A stretch of 64,000 nt of DNA from Nymphaea colorata (taxonomy: Eukaryota), in contig NC_045138.2 of assembly GCF_008831285.2 (NCBI RefSeq), positions 1 to 64,000 on the forward strand, read 5' to 3'. The translations under genes and the position numbers were made by a program. This document shows, in pieces, positions 1 to 11,978 of this stretch. Under the pieces are notes generated by a model. That model was not told the origin of the DNA. It ran no database searches and worked only from the letters and a program-made list of their open reading frames with translations. Each line of letters begins with the position of its first letter. Positions within the stretch are counted from its first letter, which is position 1.

Positions 1-2220
1 CATTAAATACAAGATATTTGTTTAAAATAAATCTGATCCGAATCCGATGGATATTTATGTATATCTGTTTGCATCCCAAAATTTTCATTGGTTTTGGAGT
101 GCTCCAGAAAATAAGGTTTTTTGTTTTGAAAGAGGAAAGAAGGGACTCGCCCATCGGTACGAGGATCGACCATTCCCGGCGCCTTTACCGGGGGTAATCA
201 ACCCAAGACTATGTTTATCATTGATGCATTTCGTTTTAACTTAAACATCTTTTTGATTCTATATGCGGTGTAGAAAATATTGAAAGTTTGGAGTTTCAAA
301 CTTTTGAAAAGGGTTCTTGAAGAATTGCTTGAAAATGTGAAATGTTTTGAGGAAAAAGTGAAACTAGTAAATATCATTTGAAAAACTTGTGAAAACATTT
401 TGAAATCACTTTAGTGTTCTCTTAAGACTTTAAGTAGGTTTGAGATTTTGCTCTAATTCGGTTACCACCTAGCTAGAGCTCCATCCCTTCTTGCTTAAGT
501 TCCTTTGGAGAGGTGCTTGTGATCATAAATGAAATAAAGTGGGTGAGAATGCATGGATGCATTTACCCTATATGATTGAAAAAATGTAAAACATTCCTAC
601 CACAACATTCATCTAATGTCATTCCTACCACAACATACATCTAAGATTTCGTTATTATAATTATTGTATATAAGAAGGAAAAGTTTTTGAAAAGGGATAG
701 AGATTGTAGACCATCAAGCATGATTCCAATATTGGGTCATTACTTGGTTTGTGGTCTTATTGAAGTTGGTAAATAGAAAGTTCATGAGGTGAGAATGTTA
801 AAAAGAATACAAGAGATAAAACACTCTTATGAAAGGAAAGAGAGATATAAAGAAAGACATGCATACATGTGTACATACCATCACATATACACATATATGA
901 AAGTTTAAGAGAAAAAGATGTATTGATTCGAAGAGAAAGAAGATTTTAGAGGAAAAGAAAAATATCATACGCATATATGGGTATGAGAAATGTTATAAGA
1001 GAAGATATTTGTCTTGAAAAGAGGAATAAATATTTGAAAGAGAGGAGATGGAGCACATGTACATACGTATTCATGCACATATGAAAATTTATAAAATAGA
1101 AAGTGAAAGCATAGAGAGAGAAATATGGGGGTCATCATGTTGGCATAAATGTATATAACATGTTATACATCCATACCTTCACAAGATTAGAAAAATCAAG
1201 GAACAACTTAAAATTACCAACTTCAAATTTAATGTGGGCCGGAGGGGAGTTTGGACTCATGCAAGAGTCTAAGCTAAGTCCTTAGGCCATGTTAGAAGGT
1301 TCTTTTTGAAAATGTTTTAGAAAATATGATTTATATAAGCATAGAATGTTATTATTTGGTTTGTTGTAAGAGATATATTTCTTCCACCGTTGGGTATGGA
1401 AGAAAACAAGCAACATAACGAGGCACTCGTTAGGGTTCCTAATGTGATGATTAAGAAGGAAACTAGCGCAAAATGATATGGAAATGCATATTAACATGTA
1501 CATTTTCGTGAGGGTTTATCCCGGGTTGGACAAGTCCCAACCTCAAAGATTAATATGAAAATAAAAGTCCCCAAACCACACTCTCATTCCCGACATGCAT
1601 TCACATGTAAGTAAAGAACTAAGCAACTATGCATGCATAATATATAGATAACTTTCAAGGAGGAAAAAAAAAAAAGGATGATGAAAAAAAGCAAAGTTCA
1701 ATTAGGAGGGAAGACATGATGTAACTATGAATTGATATACCACCTCATCTTCTCATGTTACTGGTGCATTTGAGCATAGCCTCTTGTCTATAAAAAGATG
1801 TTGAGTGCTATCTCCTTTGGCCATGGGGAATGAAGATGTGAAGAGAAAATGAAACAACAATAAGACTATATTTAAGAAAAAGAAATAACATAATAATAAG
1901 AATATTAATGAAAAGAAAGAAGAGAGAAATGAGAGGGATGAAGATTACATACCTCTAATGGGAAATGACTTAAGAAAGATGAACACCTTCACTTGAAGAT
2001 CCCCTTTTGAATGAAGCTCAAAGAGTGCTTGCTCTAAGTTGGAGAAGGAAATGAAAAGAGGGAGAGGGAGAGAGAGAGAGCTCAAGAGAAACTCTAAGTC
2101 TTCAAGTGAGAATACACTAGAGTTTCTCCCAAGGACCAATCTTGCCCAAGAGGGAGGATATGAGGGGGTATTTATAGAGGATTTTGGAGCCAAAACCCAA
2201 AATTTGAATTTTTTGACCTA

Positions 2221-2627
2221 AAAAGACTAAAATCACCCTCCAAAAGGAGATTTTTTGGCCAAAAGGAAGGCAAATCGGTCTTGGCCACCCAAAAAGACTA
2301 AAATTACCCTCTAAAAGGATGTTTTTTGGTCAAAAGGAGGGTAAATTGGTCTTGTTTACCAAAAAGACTAAAATCACCTTCTAAAAGGAGGTTTTTTGGT
2401 CAAAAGGAGGGGCAAATCGGTCTTGTTTGAAAAAGACTAAAATCACCCTCTAAAAGGAGGTTTTTGGTCAAAAGGAGGGCAAATCGGTCTTGTTTAAAAA
2501 AGACTAAAATCACCCTCTAAAAGGAGGTTTTTTGGTCAAAAGGAGGGCAAATCGGTCTTGTTTAAAAAAGACTAAAATCACCCTCTAAAAGGAGGTTTTT
2601 GGTCAAAAGAAGGGCAAATTAGTCTTA
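2221..2627. repeat. ~68-72 bp tandem repeat x6 in LTR U3 (also ~14655-15065, ~35921-36331, ~39609-40020, ~52056-52470)
   Basis: Unit AAAAGACTAAAATCACCCTCTAAAAGGAGGTTTTTTGGTCAAAAGGAGGGGCAAATCGGTCTTGTTT repeated head to tail, upstream of the TATA box in element orientation. Confidence 0.92.
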
Positions 2628-2632
2628 AATGA

Positions 2633-2800
2633 TTGATTTGATCTGAACTTGGGTTTTGGATCTAAAATTAGTATTTGGATTAATTTGGATCTGAAAGTTC
2701 TATTTTGGATTTAATTTGGATCTGAGAGTAGTATTTTGGATTTAATTTGGATCTGAAGTTGTATTTTGGATTTAATTTGGATCTGAAAGTTGTATTTTGA
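2633..2800. repeat. ~31 bp tandem repeat near the LTR 5' end
   Basis: TTTTGGATTTAATTTGGATCTGAAAGTTGTA units; four full units in the 3' LTRs, three in the 5' LTRs. Confidence 0.88.
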
Positions 2801-2875
2801 AATCTTGTGCCTAAATTTGAATTTCGCACTTGGATAAAACATCATAGTCCTTTAGAAAAATTTGGGGTGATTACA

Positions 2876-2891
2876 GATGCCCCTCTTTGTT
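2876..2891 (-). promoter_or_regulatory. Polypurine tract of copy 1
   Basis: AACAAAGAGGGGCATC on the - strand directly before the 3' LTR TGTAATC. Confidence 0.85.
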
Positions 2892-2970
2892 AATAAGCCG
2901 GTGTTAGCCGTGCTTAGTGACAAAGATAAACGCCACAAATTTTTCAAACAAGACATTTTCATAGAGATGT

Positions 2971-3256
2971 TTCAGGCTTTACCCCTTACCTGAATGGGTT
3001 GTTTGAGCTTAAATTGCAGGTTTAACCCTTACCTGCATGGGTTTGCCGATTTCAAATTCAGGTTTAACCCCCTGAATGGGTTGCCTTGACTTGCATCACA
3101 AGTTGAACCCTTTAACTGTGTGGTTGCTTTGGCTTGTAGCACAGGTTTAACCCCTTTGCCTGCATGGGTTGCTTTGGCTAGCATTGCAGGTTTAACCCCT
3201 TGCCTGCATGGGTTGCCCTCATATTGCAGGTTTAACCCTTTACCTGCACGGGTTGC
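2971..3256 (-). repeat. 3' UTR tandem repeat, 7 units of 39-45 bp (predicted pseudoknots)
   Basis: Consensus AACCCATGCAGGTAAAGGGTTAAACCTGCA on the element sense strand between the integrase stop and the PPT. Confidence 0.9.
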
Positions 3257-3394
3257 TCTCAAGCCCTGAGCGATAAAAAAAATAAAAATGCCCCAGTGTA
3301 ATTGTCATGTTTTACAACTGGGAAGAATCTAGATTGAATAGTCGATGTGGAAACACAAATGTTTGACATTGATTGGAAAATGAATACAAGAGAA

Positions 3395-6300
3395 CTAGGC
3401 ATAAAATTTCTTGAGGTGAAGGGCATTAACAGGATCGGCAAATTCCACCCCATCAGCATCAATTAGTCGGTATGAATTGTGGGGCAAAACTTCCTTAATG
3501 ACATATGGGCCTTCCCAATTTGGTGCCCACTTGCCTCGTGGTCGTCCTCTCAGGTACACTGCAGATCGTAGGACGAATCATTCACTTTGAACTGTCTCTC
3601 GATAACTGACTTGGCAAATTGTCTGGCTACCCTTTGGCGATAAGCTTCAGCATGTTCAGCCGCTTTTAGCCTCTTTTCATCTAGCAAATCGAGTTGCATT
3701 AGCCTTTTTTGTTGATATTGAGTAAGAGGGAGCTCTATGAGAGAAGCGAACTTCAAAGCAGGTTTCAACACATGTAATGGTAGAACCACTTCTGTTCCAT
3801 AGACTAGCTCTGCTGGAGTGGCATTTGTTGGAGTTCTCATAGTGGTGCGATATGCCCATAGAGCGTTGTGCATCTTTTCATGCCAATCTCTTCCAGTTTC
3901 TACTGTCCGTTCCAAGATGCGGATCAGGATCTTGTTGGTAGCCTCTGCTTGTCCATTGCCTTGGGGTAATAAGGAGCTGAAAAATGGTGCGTGATGTGGT
4001 ACTTGCTGCACAATTGCCTCATCTTTTCATTCTTGAAATGAGTTCCGTTGTCTGATACTATATCATGAGGGACTCCAAATCTGCAAAGAAGATTTTTGTG
4101 AATGAAGGACACTACATGACGTCCTTCCACTGTTCTGAGTGTGACGACTTCTACCCACTTGGTAAAATAATCGTTGCAGCAAGAAAATACTTATGGCCGT
4201 TAGAAGCTGCAGGGGATATCGGTCCGACTACGTCAAAGGCCCACTTGAAACGGCCAAGGAGATGTCACAGAATGCAAGTGAGAGGCTGGGGCATGAATTA
4301 CTGGAGCATGCAGTTGACATTCTTTGCATCTTTTGACAATTGGTGACAATCTTTTTGCATGGTAGGCCAATAATACCCTGCTCGAATTATTTGTTTGGTG
4401 AGGGTTTGGTAACCAACATGACCTCCACAATCTCCCCGATGTGATTCTTCGATTACTTTCTTTGCCTCATCTTCATCAAGGCACCGAGAGTATTCAGTGC
4501 TAATCCACGTCTGTATAATACCCCTGCTAGGATAAAGTACCTTGCTGACATACGTTGTATTGCTTTTTGTTCATTTTAGACATTTCAGTCGGGAATTCTC
4601 CGCTTTCAATGTACCTTTTGATGTCATGGTACAAGGCGTATTCCCCCTTGGATATGATGAACATGCGCAATCGTTTCAAAAGCAGGGTGTTCTAATCTTC
4701 CAATCTCAAAAGAACGGATTGCTTCATTGGTTCGAAAAGTGATGGTCGATCCTAAGCTCGCAAGGCCATCTGCAATAGGGTTACCTTCTCTCTTTACGTG
4801 AGCCAATTGTACTTCTTCGAATTGACAGATTAAGGAGGTAGCAATTTCTTGATATGGCACCAACTTTTCATCTTTGACTTGCCATTCTCCATTCACTTGA
4901 TTTATAATAAGCTGAGAGTCGCCGAAGGCATTCACTCTTTTCACTTGAAAACTCAATAAAGAACGAAGTCATTGTATGAGGGCTTCATATTCAGCCATGT
5001 TATGGGTACATGGAAAATCAAGTTTTAAAGAGTACGAGATCATTTCGCTTTCTGGAGTGATGAGTAAGATGCCTATGCCTGCTCCCATCACATTTCTGGA
5101 CCCGTCAAAGTACATCTTCCATGTCGGAACCGTTTCCAATCTTAGTACATGTTCATCGAGAAACTCATCATTTGTTCTGATTTCTTCGTACTGAGGGAAG
5201 TCTGCTAACTGATCCGCAATTGTTTGTCCTTTGATCGACTTTTGAGACACATATTTAAGATCATATTGCATCAACAGAACTTGCCATTTTGCGATACGCC
5301 CATTAAGGAATGGTTGTTTCAAGATGTACTTGAGAGGATTTAGTTTGGAGAGTATTTTGACCTCACAAGCTAATAAATAATGTCTCAACTTCTGACACAT
5401 CTAAACCAATGCCAGACAAGTTTTCTCTATTGGAGAGTACTTATTTCGTACTGAACAAAAGTTTTGCTAATGTAATAGATTGCATATTCAATGCGACTTC
5501 CTTCCTCATATTGTGCCAAAAAGCCGCCACATGCTGACTCATTCACTGGCAGTGGTCTACCCAACGTTGGTGGTTTTAGAATTGGTGGATTTAGAAGGTA
5601 TTTCTTGATCCTTTCGAATGACTGTTGGCATTCAAAACCCCATTCAAACTTGACACCTTTCCTCAGTAGCTGGTTGAATGGCTCGCATCTCATGGCCAGA
5701 TTGGAAATGAATCGTCTGATGGATTGGATTCGTCCTTGCAAGCTTCGCAACTCCTTGATATTGGTAGGTGGTGGCATATCGATTATTGCCTTAGCTTTTG
5801 TAAGATCCATTTCAATTCTCTTCTTACTGACCATGAAACCCAACAGTTTGCCTGACTCAACCCCAAACACACATTTTTGAGGATTCAGGCGAAGCTTGTA
5901 CTGTAAAAGCCTCTCGAATACTTGGGCAAGAGTTTCAATATGATCTTCTCTTGTCTTGGATTTGATCAATATGTCATCGATATATGCATCCATGATTTTA
6001 TGCATCTGGTCATGGAAGATGGCGGCCATAACTCTTTGATAGGTTGCTCCAGCATTCTTCAACCCAAATGGCATTACCGTGTAACAAAAAGTACCCCAGG
6101 GTGTAGTAAAAGCGGTCTTAGGTTGATCTTTGACTGCTAATTTGATTTGATTATATCCCGAATATCCATCCATGAAAGAAAACATTGCATGGCCTGCAGT
6201 ACTGTCTACCAATAGATCAATGTTTGGAAGAGGATAATCATCCTTCGGTGTGGCTTTGTTCAAGTCTCGAAAGTCGATGCACAACCTAACTTTGCCATTT

Positions 6301-6815
6301 TTCTTGGGGACCACCACGATGTTCCCCAACCATTCGGGGTAATTTATGGCACGAATGAATTTTGCCTTTAGCAAGTCCTCTAGTCCTTCTTTTACAGGGC
6401 CTTCTAGTCGAGGGTCAAGCTTGCGCAATTTTTGCTTAATCGGCTTGCAATTAGGATTTAAGGGCAAACGATGTTCAACCAATTGGGGGTGTAAGCCTGG
6501 CATATCTTCATAAGTCCAAGCAAAAGCTTCTTGGTTACTTATAAGAAAGTCCACCAATCTTTTCTTCTCATTCACTGACAAACTGGTGCCAATTTGAAGA
6601 ATTTTACGATCTTCACTTGTTCCAATATTAATTTCTTCAATTGGATCATTCACCAAAGATGAGGGATGTTCTTGTTTCTGAATCTGAGTGAATTCTGGTA
6701 ATTCTGACTCGGGTATTGCCATAGGTTCCATTTCACCGACTGCTTGTTCGATAAATGCTTTCTGGGGGGACTTTCGTGGCAAAAGAATAAACTGAGACAT
6801 ATTGAGTTCTGACAT
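3395..6815 (-). pseudogene. pol (RT-RNase H-archaeal-type RNase H-integrase) of copy 1, with stops and frameshifts
   Basis: RLCIDFRDLNK, FMDGYSGYNQI, MPFGLKNAGATYQR, YIDD; WKMYFDGS...NMAEYEAL...FGDSQLIINQV (aRH); IVSDNGTHF, GNGQAEATNK (integrase). Extra 1-bp indels relative to copy 3. Confidence 0.95.
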
Positions 6816-7014
6816 CCTGTAAAGAGAAAAAAGGAAAGAGTTGGACGAAATTGACAACAAAAAATTACTTGCATTTGCATATATATAAAAAAAAAGGTTC
6901 TTAGTTCATAGAATGGGTTCTCTCATGAGACGAGACAAAAAGATGTTCAAAATTACAAAATTCATGGAAGGATTTTGAAACAAAAGTGAATACTATTAGC
7001 CCCCAAGATCTTCT

Positions 7015-9779
7015 TCAAATTCCTTCATGATATCCCAGTCCTCTCATGTTCATCTGAAAAGAGATGCTAATCGGTTGCAAGATGCCAACTTCATTTTTCC
7101 CAAGGCCAGTGAATGGACGGTAGCCACCTTTCAGAAGCAACTGAAAACCCTTGGGGTTTTTCATGAAATGAACATACAATAGGTGTTCTTGGTAACTTTC
7201 ACGATTGCTTGAAATAGTATAAGCATTCCCAGATGGTTCTCTATCTCCATGTTCTGCATCCATTCTTCCAAAGGTCTGTCCTTTGTTGTTCTTATGCTCG
7301 GTACATCTACCGGATCAATTGGCCTAGGGAGCATAGGTTACCTCAACCTCTTGACTGGATCCTCAGCACGGACAGTGATGATTGATGGACCAAAATTCCA
7401 TTTCAGGCATTGATGAAGAGTGGATGGGATCCCTCGTACTTGATGGATCCAAGGTCGTCCCAAAAGCAGGTTGTATGATGGTGGTACATCTACCACATGA
7501 AATACAATACAATGGCTAGTATTTTCAATGATCACATTCATGTCGAGGGTACCTTTGCTGTTCATGCCTCGGCCATCGTATCCGTAGATCTTGGTATTAT
7601 CAGAACGATATTTGTTTTCACGAAACCCCAATGTTTTAGCCGTGAGATCAGGACAAATATTCAAACCACTTCCTCCATCAATCAAAACATGTGGCACCGT
7701 CATCCCATTGACCTGAACAACGATGTAAAGAGCATCTTCATGGAAATATCTCCATTTTGAGAGGTCTTTTTCTGAGAAGGTAATTGACTGATTTTTAGAA
7801 GCTTGAATCGAGTCTCGCTCATCCATACATTCTTCCAAGGGGAGAACGTCCAAATAGCATGGATCTTCATCTGAGGAGTCATTTGATGATTCATCGCCTT
7901 GTAAGATAAAAGTCTTTGGAATCATAGGAAGTTTCTTGGGCAAACTTTCTATCCTACCATTCATCATAGCAATGAAATCTAGAGGTTCCTTACCTTGGTC
8001 TACCACCATGACTTTGTGTGAGCTGCTCCCAATATAAGGTAGAATGTGCTATTGTGGATGGTACGGAAGTGGAGTGCCTGTAGTGATCATGGCCACTGCC
8101 GCCTTTCCGTGGTCAGGGAATGGATTCCTTAGTATCTCAGGGGTGTTATCATCACAAATCTTGAGATCTTTGTTGATGAAGTCTTGAATAATGTTTTTGA
8201 GGACAAAACAATCCTCAGTGTCATGACCAGGGGTACGATGAAACTTGCACAGTTTTTCTTTATTTCCTCCCATAATTTTTGGAGGCTCTGATACTTTTGG
8301 CAAGACGATAGTTCCTTTGGCGAGAAGGTATTCCAGGATCTTCTCCCGAGACTGGCTCAGAGGAGTGAATTTCCGGTCGTAGCTCCAACCTGGGTGTTTG
8401 TTTTTCCTTTCATCGTCGCCTTTGAAAAACTGCGTGTTCTTCTTGAAACTGACGTCCTTGTCATGCTTGTAGTTATTGCCATGGTCGTTTCTAATGCCAG
8501 CATTGGCTATGAAGTGTGCGGGCAACTGTGTCCTTCCTCCTTTCTTTCCATCTTCTTTGTACTTAGGAGCAATAATTCCATCAAAATCTCCTTCCTCAAT
8601 TCCTTCTTCTATCGAGTTTGCTTGTTCAATCAACTCAGCAAAGGTTTTGATCGGGGCATTGCGGATGAGACTTTTCAAGGGTTGGGCAAGATTTTTCCTA
8701 ATGAGTGACAAGGCTTGTGTCTCAGAAATGGGCTCCTTCATCTTATTGCATTGCATTCTCCATTTTTGGATGAATTCTCGAGCCTTTTCTCCTTGTTTCT
8801 GACGAAGACTGCAAATGGTACTGAGGGTTGGAGCCATGGGAGCATTTTGTTTGAATCTTTCAACAAACATGTTAATCAACTTGTCAAACTCCTTCAGCTC
8901 GATTGGATTGATATTTTCTTTATACCATTGTGCGGCAATGCCTTCAAGACTTCTTGAAAAATATCGGAACAAAGCTCTGTTATTTGTCCGAATTTTGTAG
9001 CAATCATTAAAAAAAGTTGAAAGATGAATGTGTGGACAAGTGGTTCCATCATATCTGATGAATTCTCTGGGCAAGCCTTTCACGTCTTCGTCTCCTTCAA
9101 TGCCAAGGTAGTAGTCCTCACATGAGTATGAACGTTTTCCCTTCCCCCTAAGCTCAAGATTGTTCATTCTTTTCTCCATTTCGTAGAATCTGCGCTTAGT
9201 CGGACTTTCATCATCACTTGATTCGACCAATTCTGGCTTGATCTTTTTCTTTTTGCCCTTGATCTCCTTTACTTTTCCTTCAGAACTCTCACTGTCTGAG
9301 CTGCCGCTAGTGATGTATTTCTTTGTCTTTTTTACTTTCTTGGTATGTTTTCTCTTCCTTTTGGGCTTCTCTTCCGAACTTTCAGTGGTGATAGGACTGG
9401 GTGAGCTGTTTTCTATCATAACATCTTTTCCCTTTTTATTTTTCTTTGTTGTCTTTTTCTTTTTGAGAGAAAACAGTTCGGGTCTTTCTTCCTTACTAGT
9501 TGTCGAATCTGAACCCAAATGGTCTTCATCCTGATTTTCAACAAAAGACTTGTTTTTCTTCTTTCTTTTTTGCTTGGCAGTCTTTTCATTGTCCGGCTCT
9601 GGAGTAACCATCAAGGCCTTTTGCTCTTCTTGCTCTTTCATGAATCGCTCCATGAACAAACGGAACATATAGTAAGCTTCTGGCTCGATTGCTGGGAGGC
9701 CAAGTGTTTCTAGACGGAGTTCAGAGGATGAAGCCTCGTTTTGAGGAGTCTGCTTAGCTTGCGATCTAGTTTCAACCAT
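7015..9779 (-). pseudogene. gag-protease-G-patch polyprotein of copy 1
   Basis: MVETRSQ start; retrotransposon gag core (LFRYFSRSLEGIAAQWY, LRQKQGEKAREFIQKW); CKFHRTPGHDTEDC knuckle; protease VLIDGGSGLNI and YNLLLGRPWIH; G-patch-like C-terminus. In-frame stops at 8049 and 7338. Confidence 0.93.
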
Positions 9780-9951
9780 CTTGTTGGCTTTCAAGTATTC
9801 ACCTTATGACATAAGAAAATAGAGTTATTGGACGGAAATGATGACAAAATGAAGGTTCATATTGCATTACAAGTTTTTAAAAGTTACATTCAAAGATACT
9901 AATAAAGATGACAACGACAGAAGGAATACAAAGTTGACAACATAAAACTTT

Positions 9952-11172
9952 TTAGGAAAGGATGGATGGTGGTCGGTTGGCATCCCACCACTCAGCATAT
10001 TCCTTCTTCACCACTGGGCCTATGAACCAAGTGTATGATATTTGTGTCTTCCATTCTTGTCGAGCTACTGCAAACAATGCTGTCCATTGAGGAGAACTAA
10101 GGTCAAATTCGGGAATAGCTCCAATTGGTGCATGCACAGAGACCATCTTCTGCCTTTGAGAGAACTGTCTCATACATCTATCAGCACAATAATCAACTAT
10201 GAAGTAAGGGCCCAAGAGTGTGGTACGCCCATGATGATGGTGAGTGTATCAGGGTAGGCTCTGCCGACGATCACAATAATCCCAAATGATCTCTCCTTCA
10301 TTCAATTGCTCGATCAAACGACGGTATTGCTCCAAGGTTGTCAATGATCCATCAGTGTTTCTGAATAGACTGGCTTGGGGTCCCGCATGCTTGAGGAACC
10401 ACAATTGTAAAGCATATGTGCATCCTTCTATGAAGTCGATATCTTCAATGGTAAAGCGGGTGAGTCCTCGGTAAAGGAAGGCTAAGGCTGTCATTGCTAC
10501 TGACAAGTGTCAGGTCCCTCTATGCCCCCATACTCGAAAAAGTTGGGCAATACGGACATCTAAAAGGTCACTTCCATTGGTAAAAAGGGTCACTCATACT
10601 GTGCAGAGCATCATACAATGTTTAATTCTCCCTATGGCTTTTCGAGGTAGGGTAGAAGGTTCAACATAGGTTCCAAATTCTTCATACAAATTTTTCATGT
10701 TGATGCTTTGATTTTTATGGTTTTCTATTAAAGGCCAAGTTTTCCGTCCAGTAAAGTGAGCAATGAGGTCATTTGCATTGACCTTGGTTGGGTTCATAAG
10801 GAATTGTTTTTCCAATAGATCATTTGGGTCACAAGTTGGGGTAGGGAGGTCTAGTATTTTGGCAAATTCATCTAGTAATATTGTCATTTCTCCCCATGGA
10901 AACCAAAAAGAGGAGGTCCTTGGGTTCCAACGCTCGGCGATTGCATGTACCAAATTTCCATTAACTGACTGCATTCCTCCAGCTGCCACTGTCTCTAGCC
11001 CACATTCTTCAAAGTAAGAAGGAAACATCCGAGAGAAGGTGGGATGCCAAGTCCGATACCATTCGGGAGCCAAAGGTTGAGACTCAAGAAAAATGTAGGT
11101 GGACCGTTCGGGACCTTCCCCAAAAAGGATGTGATCATAAGGGAATGTGACACCATGTTGGAAAGAATACAT
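9952..11172 (-). pseudogene. Extra ORF encoding a plant mobile domain (PMD, PF10536-like) protein, ~406 codons with three in-frame TGA
   Basis: ORFs 10594-11172, 10249-10506 and 9952-10215 share one frame; motifs LVHAIAERWNPRTSSFWFPWGEMTILLDEFAKILDLP, LAFLYRGL...GCTYALQLW and YCADRCMRQF match the PMD pattern. Confidence 0.85.
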
Positions 11173-11960
11173 CTTGAATGATGACTCTAAAAGATAAAAA
11201 TTGAATTAGTGGAAAACATTGACTAGGTTGACAAAGACAATATGAGGTAGATGTGTGGAATGAGGTTGCAAATCATCACATAAGGTTTCACGCACATTAA
11301 CATCCATCATGAAATAATTTTCTTTTTTTTTTTTTTTTAAAAATTGGGTATATGAACCTAATTGAGATAATTTTGTGTCACGATAATCCGATATCAAGTT
11401 ATGCTTATATACCTTAGCCAAATGGCTTAGTACGAGCATAGATTCTTCCTTAGGCAACTAAGGGTAGAGTTCATCAACTTCTTCTTGATCACTCGTCGAT
11501 ATACCATAAATTACCACTCATGGTACTAACGAGGGGGCGTTCCCGCCCAAGGTGTGGTCTAGTTGTAAGGCTTAGTGTTGTGCTACCGCCAAAGACCAAG
11601 CCCGGCAACATGATGACCGGGACAAATAGGTATGAGGAATTTTGAAATATGAGAAATCATATAAATTGAGTTGTCTCTAATGCAATGTTGCCTAAGTTTG
11701 AAGATTAAAATAGAAGAGCAAACATGGCTTTCAAACAACTTCTAAATTGAGAAGGGTGGTATGTGATCATAAATATGTGTGAACATGATTGATCATTCTC
11801 AATTAATCCTATGTGCAAGAAAACATTTACAATCATCAAACAATGCAATGAAATGCCAATGGGGTCGAGGCCAAAATAGGGGACATGCTTTATCATTGGC
11901 AATACATGAGATGTTCAAATTAGGGAAAATGCATCAATAATCATAGCCAAACGATGACGG

Positions 11961-11978
11961 GTCCCATCACGGTCGCCA
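11961..11978 (-). promoter_or_regulatory. Primer-binding site (tRNA-Arg-like) of copy 1
   Basis: TGGCGACCGTGATGGGAC begins 2 nt after the 5' LTR end; TGGCGAC-type PBSs are typical of tRNA-Arg-primed Ogre elements. The exact tRNA was not verified. Confidence 0.8.

Larger units (their letters stand above)
66..2875 (-). repeat. 3' LTR of copy 1 (2810 bp)
   Basis: TG...CA termini, preceded on the - strand by the PPT; near-identical to 11981-15288 except for a ~0.5 kb deletion and one extra ~31-bp repeat unit. Confidence 0.95.

Noticed and set aside
1282..2221. Short ORFs recurring in every LTR (MAPKSSINT..., MEKEMKRG..., MYMLICIS...)
   Set aside because: They recur only because the LTR is repeated; low-complexity GA/CT translations, mostly without ATG starts or recognisable domains.
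3029..3262. 77-aa ORF between integrase and 3' LTR as an env-like gene
   Set aside because: It is a translation of the tandem repeat, has no transmembrane or signal features, and is not preserved in copy 3.
5491..9713. ORFs antisense to gag and pol
   Set aside because: Shadow frames of the coding strand with no motifs.
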